Positions 55,843 to 64,000 of a DNA stretch of 64,000 nt are shown here, piece by piece. Each line of letters opens with the position of its first letter. Within the stretch, counting starts at the first letter, position 1. The notes below the pieces were generated by a model. It saw only the letters and a program-made list of their open reading frames with translations, was not told the origin of the DNA and did no database searches. The position numbers were made by a program, and so were the translations under genes. This stretch comes from a bacterium (GTDB lineage Bacteria; Electryoneota; Electryoneia; Electryoneales; Electryoneaceae), in NCBI GenBank assembly GCA_963675295.2, contig CAXXKJ010000002.1, forward strand, positions 4,256,001 to 4,320,000, written 5' to 3'.

Positions 55843-56224
55843 CCCGACTGCCCGTGCAATGGTCCGACGACGATTCTTCGCTACGCAGTAAATACAATAA
55901 CAATGGGTTAGCACTGCAGTCTCCGTAAAATCAGTGATGTGACTTCGATCAACTCGCGGGATGGCAGCACACGCTAGGTTGTTTGCAATGCGGGGAAAAT
56001 CCGCAGTTGATCAACGGGCACATGGGCGGCAAGACCACGAAAGTAGACATTCATCAACGTTCTGATTGGCCGATCCGTCTGCCTGTGCAGTGGTGTAAAC
56101 TCGGGACATAAGAGAGAATGCGTGGAATTTGCGGACTCTGAACTGCAAATTCTCAGTGTACAGTAAAAGAACGTAACTCCTCTCTGTAGCTCGAGTTATA
56201 CTGGAATCACGTAGAGTAGGAAAA

Positions 56225-58246
56225 TTGTTCCGGAGCACGGTGATGGGAGCGGACAAACAGAAAAACTCCCCGGATACTTCCCGGCCATCAACCCCGAGAC
56301 TGACGGATCTCCCGTTACAGGGTGCGGGCTTCGGGCCGGAACTCTCCTCTCGAATCGTCCTCCAGCTGATCGAACAACACGCCCACGATTTCATTGCGTT
56401 TCACGACTCCGATGGCCGCTTTCTCTACGCATCCCCCGCCAGTTTCAAGCAATTGGGATACAAACCTGAGGAACTGATCGGACAGTCTGTGTTCGACATG
56501 TTCCACCCTGAAGATTCACATCTGCTTGAGCAGCAGCAGGAACGTATCCGCCAGGGTGATAGCGAGCCCGTGATCCATCGACTGCAGCAGAAGAACGGTG
56601 ACTATCACTGGTTTGAAACCAGTACCACGCAGATTTCTGGTGATGAATTCCCGTGTACGTGCGTACTCATTGTGTCACGTGAGGTAGATCAGCGTGAGAA
56701 ACTCGCCCGCGCGCTGGAAAAATCTGAGGGCGCATTCCGGGACGCCTTCGCGGCGGCCTCGCACGGCATGGCGATCACCGATATAGGCGGGCGGTTCGTG
56801 CAGGTGAATCAACGCTTGTGCGACATGCTCGGGTATTCGGAAGCCGAATTGCTGCAGATGGACTTCAAGACCATCACCTATGAAGCAGACTTGGAATTTG
56901 ATCTCGAGCGTTTGCGGAAATTGACCTCGGGCGATGTCAAATACTATTCGGCTGAGAAGCGCTATCTCCGCAAGGATGGGTCCCCGCTGCACGTGCTGCT
57001 CAGCGTATCGATGGTCTACGATGAGAACGGCGAACCGAAGCACTACGTTGGCCAGCTGATCGACCTCACCGACCGCAAGCGCTCCGAGCAGGCGATGGTC
57101 GAACAGGGGCGTCTCAAGGCAACCTCGGTGCTCGCCGCCGGTTTCTCGCATGATATCAACAACCTGATGAGCATCATCCTTGGCAACGTTGGCATGTTGC
57201 AGCGTGACGAGGCTGCCGGCACCGACCTCAGCGACCGCTTGTGGACCATCGAACAGTCGGCGAAACGTGTTGCGAAAATCGCGGACGAGTTGATCGCGTT
57301 CGCCCGCATGGGCAACTACAACCCGCGTCCTTTGCAGATAAATTCGCTGCTCGAGGAAACGCTGGTTACCTATCAACGTTCAAAGGATCACCACGCGCAG
57401 CTGAACCAGGTGTTGCGGGCCGCGCCGGACATTGTTATCGCGGACGGATCGCAGATCCAGCAGCTGGTCATCCATTTGATCGAAAACGCCATCGAGGCGA
57501 CAGTTGAGACAAACGGTGATGTGTTCATCAGCACCTCGAACGAGGTCCGGCAGCAACCGTTAAACAATGGATCAAACGGATTCCATTACCAGTCGTATGT
57601 CTCGTTAACCGTGCGCGATGATGGTCATGGGATGGATGCCGGAACGCTGGACCACATCTATGAACCGTTTTTCTCCACCCGTGGGCCGGGTCGCGGCATG
57701 GGCCTGTCCGCCGTGTATGGAATCGTCGAGCAGTATAATGGCATCATCGAAGTTGAGAGTGAACCCGGCGAGGGAACCATCTTCCGTATCCTGCTTCCCG
57801 CCGAGCATATCGAACAGGAGCCCGTACCGGAAGAAGAACTCGACACCCGTGACGCGTCCGGCACGATTCTCGTCGTTGACGATGAAGCGGGCATCCGTGA
57901 GATGTTGACCTCATTGTTTGAACGTGTTGGCTACACCGCTCTCGGTGCGGAAAATGGCAAGGTTGCACTTGATCTGATCGCCAAACGAGACGGCCAGGTC
58001 GATCTCGTGCTACTGGACCTGTTGATGCCCGAGATGGATGGCGCGACCACCTTCGCGCATCTGCACCGGGATTATCCCGACCTGCCGGTCCTGTTGATCA
58101 GCGGATATGATCACGATGAACGCGTCGCGTCCCTGATGAATGATGGCGCGCTTGCGTTTATCCAGAAACCGTTCGAACTCGAGCTGGTGTTGCGTGAAGT
58201 TCGCCGTGCGCTTGAGCTTTCCCGCCAGGAATCCCCGTCATTGTAA
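56225..58246 (+). CDS. Hybrid PAS-PAS histidine kinase with receiver domain
   Basis: Two PAS/PAC domains; GFSHDINN H-box; ENAIEA, DDGHG, EPFFST, GMGLSAVYG; ILVVDDE, DLLMPEMDG, KPF; start may be 56243. Confidence 0.92.
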   Translation: MFRSTVMGADKQKNSPDTSRPSTPRLTDLPLQGAGFGPELSSRIVLQLIEQHAHDFIAFHDSDGRFLYASPASFKQLGYKPEELIGQSVFDMFHPEDSHLLEQQQERIRQGDSEPVIHRLQQKNGDYHWFETSTTQISGDEFPCTCVLIVSREVDQREKLARALEKSEGAFRDAFAAASHGMAITDIGGRFVQVNQRLCDMLGYSEAELLQMDFKTITYEADLEFDLERLRKLTSGDVKYYSAEKRYLRKDGSPLHVLLSVSMVYDENGEPKHYVGQLIDLTDRKRSEQAMVEQGRLKATSVLAAGFSHDINNLMSIILGNVGMLQRDEAAGTDLSDRLWTIEQSAKRVAKIADELIAFARMGNYNPRPLQINSLLEETLVTYQRSKDHHAQLNQVLRAAPDIVIADGSQIQQLVIHLIENAIEATVETNGDVFISTSNEVRQQPLNNGSNGFHYQSYVSLTVRDDGHGMDAGTLDHIYEPFFSTRGPGRGMGLSAVYGIVEQYNGIIEVESEPGEGTIFRILLPAEHIEQEPVPEEELDTRDASGTILVVDDEAGIREMLTSLFERVGYTALGAENGKVALDLIAKRDGQVDLVLLDLLMPEMDGATTFAHLHRDYPDLPVLLISGYDHDERVASLMNDGALAFIQKPFELELVLREVRRALELSRQESPSL

Positions 58247-58450
58247 TTGGCCAATTTCGGCTTTCTTTTCCGCGATAACCCGAGCATTTCAAGCAGAAAA
58301 TCCGCCTTAGGAAATCCTAACTGATTGCGAACTTACCCAATTCTCTTGTAAGCTGTTGTGTTATGTCTGCTGGGGGAAGAACTGTGGCTTTTTTACACAG
58401 CTAGACTTGATGAAACGACAGGACGAACAACGAGCACGAGGGGGTAGACC

Positions 58451-60184
58451 ATGAGAAGATGGATTGCGGTGGCGGCAGTGCTGTTGCTGGCGTTCGCCGT
58501 CCACGCGGAAGTGTATACGTTGAACGCGGATGGGACTGGCGATTACGCCAACATCCAGTCTGCGATCAACGCTAGCGTGAGCGGTGACGTCATTCAGTTA
58601 GAAGATGGAGTCTATACCGGCTCGGGCAATCGCAACATCGACTTTGCCGGTAAAACCATCACCTTGTGCGGCGTGAGTGGAAACGCCGAAGACTGCATCA
58701 TTGACATTCAGGGCGTGCACGGGAACTACGTTTCCGAGCGTGGCCTGATGATCGACTCCGGGGAAGGCCCGGAAACGACGATTCGTGACTTGTCGATCAT
58801 CAACGGAGATGGGGACGGGTCTTGACCGGCTTGTGATGGCGGGGCGGCGCTCTGCTCAAACACATCTCCTCAGTTCATCAACGTTCGTTTCATCAATAAC
58901 TACGCGTCCGGCGGCGGTGCGGTCTATGTGTATGGATCGAACGCTCACCCGACGTTTACCAACTGCGAGTTTTTCGACAATTACGCCAACAATGGCGGCG
59001 CGGTTGAAGTGTATTACGGCAACGCGACATTCGAACATTGCGCGTTTGTCGGCAACTACCTGACCAGCGGTTCTGGTGCGGCGATCTACTCGTACTACGG
59101 TTACGAGCTCAACCTGATGTGCTGCACTTTCGCGATGAACTCCACGTCGGCCGATCCCACGGTCTACTTCTACCAGACCGACGCGGTTATCTCGACCTCG
59201 ATCTTCGCGCAGAACACCTGCACCGCTCCGGTTACGGTCAGCGGCGGCACGCTGGATGTCAGCTACACCGACATCTGCGACAATTCCGGCGGCGACTGGG
59301 TCGGTGCGTTAAGTGCATTTGAAGGCATCAACGGCAACATCTGCGAAGATCCGCTGTTTGAGGATGCCAATAGCGGCAACATGCAGCTGACCGGACCCTC
59401 CCCGTGCATCGACACCGGCGATCCGCAAATGCCGTACGACCCGGACAACACCATCGCGGACATGGGCGCGTACTACTTCGACCATGACCCGCTGCCGGGA
59501 AATATCTGGCTGAGTTCGCAGTACGACCCGTGGTACCTGTTCTCCAACGGTGGCACGGTCACCTTCACCGCGCGCATCCGCAACAACCTCGATGTGCCGG
59601 TGACATTCCAGGGGTGGGTGATGATCACGCTGCCGTCGGGACAGCTCTACGGCCCGACGATGCAGGCCAATGTCAGCATGCAGGCAGCCAGCGAAATGAC
59701 CACCAACACGCTGTCGCAGGTGGTTCCGTCGTACGCGCCGATGGGTGTCTACACCCTGACTGCGCACATCGGCCTCTTCCCAACCACCATCCATTCGGAC
59801 GAGATCCAGTTCGTCAAGATGGGCCTCGCGGCGGATGGTACCGAAGCGCCGGTGGCGTGGGAGAAGCTTGCGTACGGTTGGACGGCGGACGCTCCGGCCA
59901 CAACCCCGGATCTTCCGGACCAGTTCGAGCTTGGCACCGCGTATCCGAACCCGTTCAACGCCACGACGACCGTTTCGCTCAAGCTCCCGGTCAGCCAGCA
60001 GGTGACGGTCACCTTGCTCGACATCACCGGGCGTCAGGTGAAGACGGTCCGTGACGGCGTGCTCTCCGCCGGCAATCACCGCATTGAGGTGGACGCGCAT
60101 GGCCTGTCGACAGGTGTCTACCTGCTTCGTGCGCAGACCGATTTGAACGGCAGCCAGGTACAGAAGCTGGTGCTGGTGAAGTAA
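58451..60184 (+). CDS. Secreted parallel beta-helix T9SS cargo with in-frame TGA at codon 125 (candidate selenocysteine; 577 aa if read through)
   Basis: ORFs 58451-58825 and 58928-60184 share a frame; only TGA 58823-58825 interrupts; read-through gives IINGDGDGS-U-PAC-DGGAALCSNTSPQFINVRFINNYASGGGAVY, continuous beta-helix repeats, ending in AYPNPFNATT CTD. Confidence 0.8.
58826..58865 (+). promoter_or_regulatory. Candidate bacterial SECIS hairpin
   Basis: GCGGGGC(58839-45)-GGC loop-GCTCTGC(58849-55); G-led loop begins 20 nt after the UGA; lower pairing TGTG/CACA possible. Confidence 0.55.
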
Positions 60185-60193
60185 GTCAGTAGT

Positions 60194-60227
60194 GAGTGAT
60201 GAGTTGTGAGTTGTGAATGATGAGTGA
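60194..60227. repeat. Heptamer tandem repeat (GAGTKRT-like x4-5)
   Basis: gagtgat gagttgt gagttgt gaatgat gagtga between stop codon and terminator. Confidence 0.8.
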
Positions 60228-60260
60228 AAAAAGCCGCGTCGGCAGTCGACGCGGCTTTTT
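60227..60260. terminator. Bidirectional intrinsic terminator
   Basis: AAAAAAGCCGCGTCG-gcagt-CGACGCGGCTTTTT between convergent genes. Confidence 0.85.
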
Positions 60261-60409
60261 ATGTTTTGTTCATGTCAACGAGCTGCGGTCAGCGGTATGT
60301 GGTCCTGACAGGGTGAGGGTCGGTTGATCCGCTCCCGCCAGTTTTTTGACACGGGCACATCTTTTACCGCCGACCGCAGTCCGCAGTCCGCAGCCAGTAG
60401 CCAATCACT

Positions 60410-61159
60410 TCACTCCCACCGTGTCTGAATCCGCGCGACCTCACGGTTGTCGCTGACCCGTGTGATCGAATGCAGGAATCGTGCCCCTTCCCCGTCCACC
60501 GGCGCGTATTCCGTGCGCAGTTTATCACCGGCGAAACACTCCGCACGAAACATCATGTCCGTTTCGACCAGGTGCGCATGCTCGGTCACCTCCGCCGGCA
60601 ATGCGTCCGCCGCCCAGCGCAGGTAGTTGAGATTGTTGACGTGCCCGTTGACATCGATATTGTCCTCGGTGACCGCCACCGTTTGCGACCCGGCCGCCTG
60701 TTTCAACCGGGGCAACGTGCGCGAGGTGAAATCGAGGTTGCGCGGGATGACATTGCCGGGCATCCGGTCGGCGAGCACACCGGCCATGTCCACCATCGCG
60801 CGGGATTCCCGTTCCAGCACCGCCCACGCACTCGTCGCCTCCGCGACGGGCGTCTCGCCATCCAACAGCAGGAAATCGCGATACGCCTGCCGTTTGTCGT
60901 AGCCAGTCGGCCACGTGCGCAGCGTCAGCGGCTTCTCCGCTTCCGGCACCGTAAGGAGCCGCACAAACAGCCGCGTCAGTACCCACATCTGCGTCGCATC
61001 CTGCAGGTGATCGTATCCCAGCCCGAACAGTTCGGCGTGTTGCCAGGCGATCATTTGCAGATCGTCCATCAACGCAAGGAACTGCCCGGTTGACGCACCG
61101 GATGGGTAGCTGAACGGTTCTTCCACCTTCGACGGCGGATTCCAGGTCGGGTTTGGCAT
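60410..61159 (-). CDS. Acyl-ACP thioesterase (double hot-dog)
   Basis: WVLTRL, TLRTWP, AYRDF, IDVNGHVNNLNYLRW. Confidence 0.88.
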   Translation of the reverse strand: MPNPTWNPPSKVEEPFSYPSGASTGQFLALMDDLQMIAWQHAELFGLGYDHLQDATQMWVLTRLFVRLLTVPEAEKPLTLRTWPTGYDKRQAYRDFLLLDGETPVAEATSAWAVLERESRAMVDMAGVLADRMPGNVIPRNLDFTSRTLPRLKQAAGSQTVAVTEDNIDVNGHVNNLNYLRWAADALPAEVTEHAHLVETDMMFRAECFAGDKLRTEYAPVDGEGARFLHSITRVSDNREVARIQTRWE

Positions 61160-61168
61160 GGTCGGTCC

Positions 61169-61642
61169 TCAAGCCGGGGGATCGCTGCGGTATTTGTCCG
61201 GATCGTACCGGTGCATGTAGTGTTCGGGATGGTCGAGCGGCGTGAAGCCATGCCTCGCGTACAGGGAGTGGGCGTCATCCGTCGCGAGAATCCAGCGCCG
61301 GACCGGTTCAAAGGTCGGATACGCCAGCACCTCCTCCACGATCCACTTGCCCAGTCCCTGACCGCGATATTCTTCGTCGATGAACACGTCCATGAGGTAC
61401 GCGATCGCGCTCAGGTCGGACAGGACACGCGCGAAGCCAACCTGACGTTTCACCGTGCCTGTGCCGGGTTCCAGCACGTACAACCCGAAGCAGTACGAAT
61501 TCTCCAGCACTCGCTTGACCCGCGACTTCTGAATTCCCTGTGCCCAGTAGCTGCGGTTGAGGAAGCCGTGGATCGTATCGAGATCGAGCAGCGACTTGTC
61601 ATCACTGAACATGAACGGCTGGCGAATAAGCTGCGAAGGCAT
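61169..61642 (-). CDS. GNAT-family N-acetyltransferase
   Basis: SYWA, QVGFARV.SD, YLMDVFI...YRGQGLGKW, LATDDAHSLY..HGF. Confidence 0.9.
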   Translation of the reverse strand: MPSQLIRQPFMFSDDKSLLDLDTIHGFLNRSYWAQGIQKSRVKRVLENSYCFGLYVLEPGTGTVKRQVGFARVLSDLSAIAYLMDVFIDEEYRGQGLGKWIVEEVLAYPTFEPVRRWILATDDAHSLYARHGFTPLDHPEHYMHRYDPDKYRSDPPA

Positions 61643-61987
61643 GGTCACGCTCCCATTCAAGAACGCACAAAGATGGGTTCCGGCCAGTCCGCATGCCAAC
61701 CCGGCGGAGAAGCGAGAACTGCCGTTAAAATACGTAAATCAAAAGGGCTACTCCGCGTTGGCGCATTTCTTTGAGAAAGCTTGTGCACAGTCGGGACAAG
61801 GTTTACTTCAGCCCCCTGTTTCTACATCACTCCCGGAGACAAATACTCCGCTGAGTTTATGATTCTGAAAGAGTTAAGCATACCTAACTATCTTGAGTAC
61901 TTTTCCCCGCAGACTTGTCCGAATCCCACGCATTCGTCAGCTTTACAATGAGTTAGGTATTTCTAACAACATGGGAGGGAGTGGAAC

Positions 61988-63424
61988 ATGAAACGGTTGA
62001 AAATGGCAGTGATGCTACTGTTGGTCGTTGGAATCGTTCACAACACGAAAGCGGCCACGATTACGATTCTGGAAGCGCCCGGCCTTCCGGCTCATCCGGC
62101 CGAATGGGCAGCGGTAGCCACATCGATGGGCCATCTGGCCACAATCGCTCCGATTTCGACACTGGATGGAACGGCCTGGGTATCCTCTACGGACGTTCTG
62201 ATCATTACGGATCCATTTTATCCGTACACGCCGACTCACACGGACAATGTCTGGTATGCTGTCAATGAGGGAGTTGGGGTCTATATCCAGGGCGAAGATG
62301 ATCCGGCGTTTCCCAGTAATGTGATGTTCGAGGACTGTGTGAATACCACGGGATTTGCGGGATTCTCCTGGATTGCCCCGTTCCCGGGGGATCATGTGGC
62401 ATCGATTACGGGACCAGTGGCCATCGACCCCAACCCGATCACTCCGTTGGTTGCAATGTCCTGGGCGGCCGATGCTATTCATGCTGGTCCGATGGGCGGC
62501 ACCACGACCAACATGTGGATTGGAGACCATCAGGTTGGTTTTCTGCACGATGAAGTGACCAATGACGCCGCTGGTCTGCTCGCGATCAACACGGAGTTTA
62601 ACTGGATTCTCCCCTTCACGTTCAGTGGTCTGATGGAGAATTATATCCAGGTTCTGTTGACCGGTGCGGAGCTCGGCCAGTTTGCACATCTGACACCCAC
62701 GGGTCCCGCCACGGTTCCGGCTGGTGGTGGTCCGGTTCCGTACACCATTGAGCTGGAAAATGTCAGGCCGTACACCTGGCCGGTCACGGTCTGGGTACGC
62801 GCCATCCTGCCAAGCGGCGCGGTCTATGCCTCCCCACTCGCCGGACCGGTACCAGTGATGGTGCCGCCGATGTCGACGATGGGACCGTACGCGTCACCCG
62901 GTCCGCTGCCGCCGGTTGGTATCCCCGGCTTCGCGCCTGCCGGGGAGTACTTCATCCAATCTGTCGTCACCGACGGCTTCTTCGGTTGGACGGAAGCCTA
63001 TGATTCCGATTTCTTCTCGGTCGTGAAGGCCGCGGCGGCGGGACAGGATTCGGAAGTTGATCCGGGCGACCTGCCGGCGGACTTGTTCGGAACAGCCGGT
63101 CATCCCACACAACTAGCGTCTTCGTCAGACAATGCGGCGCAAGCGGGCGACCTGCCCTCACAGTTCGCACTGACTGAAGCCTATCCGAATCCGTTCAATC
63201 CAAGCACAACAGTTGGAGTTGTGCTGGCGGAAGCAGCCAATCTGACGGTTAAGGTCTATGATGTGCAGGGGCGAACAGTTGCGACTCTCGCAGATGGACA
63301 GTTCCCCGCCGGTTCGCAGCAGCTGTCGTTCGACGCCTCCGGGCTGGCCAGCGGCGTGTATTTCCTGCACGCGACTGTTCCCGGCAAGTTGAACCAGACA
63401 CGCAAGCTGGTCCTGATGCGCTAG
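61988..63424 (+). CDS. Secreted T9SS cargo with N-terminal GATase-like/unknown domain
   Basis: GGAGGGAG RBS, signal peptide; TDVLII...GVYIQGE; AYPNPFNPST...LASGVYF...KLVLMR. Confidence 0.85.
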   Translation: MKRLKMAVMLLLVVGIVHNTKAATITILEAPGLPAHPAEWAAVATSMGHLATIAPISTLDGTAWVSSTDVLIITDPFYPYTPTHTDNVWYAVNEGVGVYIQGEDDPAFPSNVMFEDCVNTTGFAGFSWIAPFPGDHVASITGPVAIDPNPITPLVAMSWAADAIHAGPMGGTTTNMWIGDHQVGFLHDEVTNDAAGLLAINTEFNWILPFTFSGLMENYIQVLLTGAELGQFAHLTPTGPATVPAGGGPVPYTIELENVRPYTWPVTVWVRAILPSGAVYASPLAGPVPVMVPPMSTMGPYASPGPLPPVGIPGFAPAGEYFIQSVVTDGFFGWTEAYDSDFFSVVKAAAAGQDSEVDPGDLPADLFGTAGHPTQLASSSDNAAQAGDLPSQFALTEAYPNPFNPSTTVGVVLAEAANLTVKVYDVQGRTVATLADGQFPAGSQQLSFDASGLASGVYFLHATVPGKLNQTRKLVLMR

Positions 63425-63453
63425 AATCATGGGGCAGTCATTTTTCCACACAC

Positions 63454-63486
63454 ATGGCTGGCAATTTGCCAGCCATATTTTGTTTG
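63454..63486 (+). terminator. Probable intrinsic terminator
   Basis: ATGGCTGGCAA-t-TTGCCAGCCAT followed by ATTTTGTTT. Confidence 0.6.
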
Positions 63487-63692
63487 TCAGATCGATATCC
63501 GTTCGCCTCAATTTCTACAGCTCAACAGATTCCCGTTTCCCTCTGGAGCCCGAAATATGCTGAATGCTTGTTTCTGCTATAGTTAAGGCGACCTAACAAA
63601 TTCCTCACAAAACGAGAAAGTTCTTGCATTCTCGCCCTGAAAGATTAAGCTTCCCTAACAGGTAACTCATTGAGATATCAAGGGAGAAGAGA

Positions 63693-64000
63693 ATGCGTAG
63701 CTTGAGCAAAGTGCTTGCAGTCATGACTCTGCTTGCGATGTTAGGTGTGTCTAACTCGTTTGCGTTGAACGTGACGATCATTGAGAGTCAGAGTTACAAT
63801 CCGTCCCACACGATGGACCTCGAGTGGCAGGCGGTCGCGACGGCGATGGGCCACACGGCGACGATTGTCCCGCAGTCGACGCTGGACACTGGCGCGTTCA
63901 TTCCGGGTACGGATGTATTGATCGTGTCCTCCGGCGTGATTCCGCTGCCGCCGCCGCGTATCGACTACATTTTCGAGTGCCTGTACGCTGGCAAAGCGGT
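63693..64000 (+). CDS. Paralog of the 61988 gene, N-terminal part (runs off the window end)
   Basis: Manual translation MRSLSKVLAVMTLLAMLGVSNSFALNVTIIES...EWQAVATAMGHTATIVPQSTLD...TDVLIV matches EWAAVATSMGHLATIAPISTLD...TDVLII; GGGAG RBS. Confidence 0.8.
   Translation, partial: MRSLSKVLAVMTLLAMLGVSNSFALNVTIIESQSYNPSHTMDLEWQAVATAMGHTATIVPQSTLDTGAFIPGTDVLIVSSGVIPLPPPRIDYIFECLYAGKA

Noticed and set aside
58823-58825. Genome-wide UGA reassignment (Trp/Gly)
   Set aside because: Many genes in the window end at TGA exactly at their conserved C-termini (e.g. PorV family gene, CTD proteins, crcB)
63455-63469. Sigma54 -24/-12 promoter (TGGC-N7-TTGC)
   Set aside because: Sequence is the stem of a terminator-like palindrome right after a stop codon and lacks the TGGCAC core

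Overview
GC-rich bacterial chromosomal window, most consistent with a non-Bacteroidota FCB-group lineage (Calditrichota/KSB1/Electryoneota-like; inferred from the YPNPFN-type T9SS sorting domains and a PorV-family gene). It is dominated by secreted proteins: 11 genes end in a T9SS-type C-terminal domain, including tandem paralog pairs and a TonB receptor/cargo/PorV cassette. Housekeeping genes (dnaG, purM, rpmG, crcB, osmC), an ECF sigma/anti-sigma/target module, a sigma54-activator plus Ser/Thr kinase operon and a hybrid PAS histidine kinase are interspersed. The top finding is a secreted beta-helix T9SS cargo gene (58451-60184) whose single reading frame is interrupted by one in-frame TGA in a U-P-A-C (UxxC) context, immediately followed by a SECIS-like hairpin: a candidate extracellular selenoprotein. 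Intergenic regions carry several REP/MITE-like palindrome families and sense-oriented heptamer arrays just after stop codons. No tRNA, rRNA, CRISPR array or transposase was recognised.
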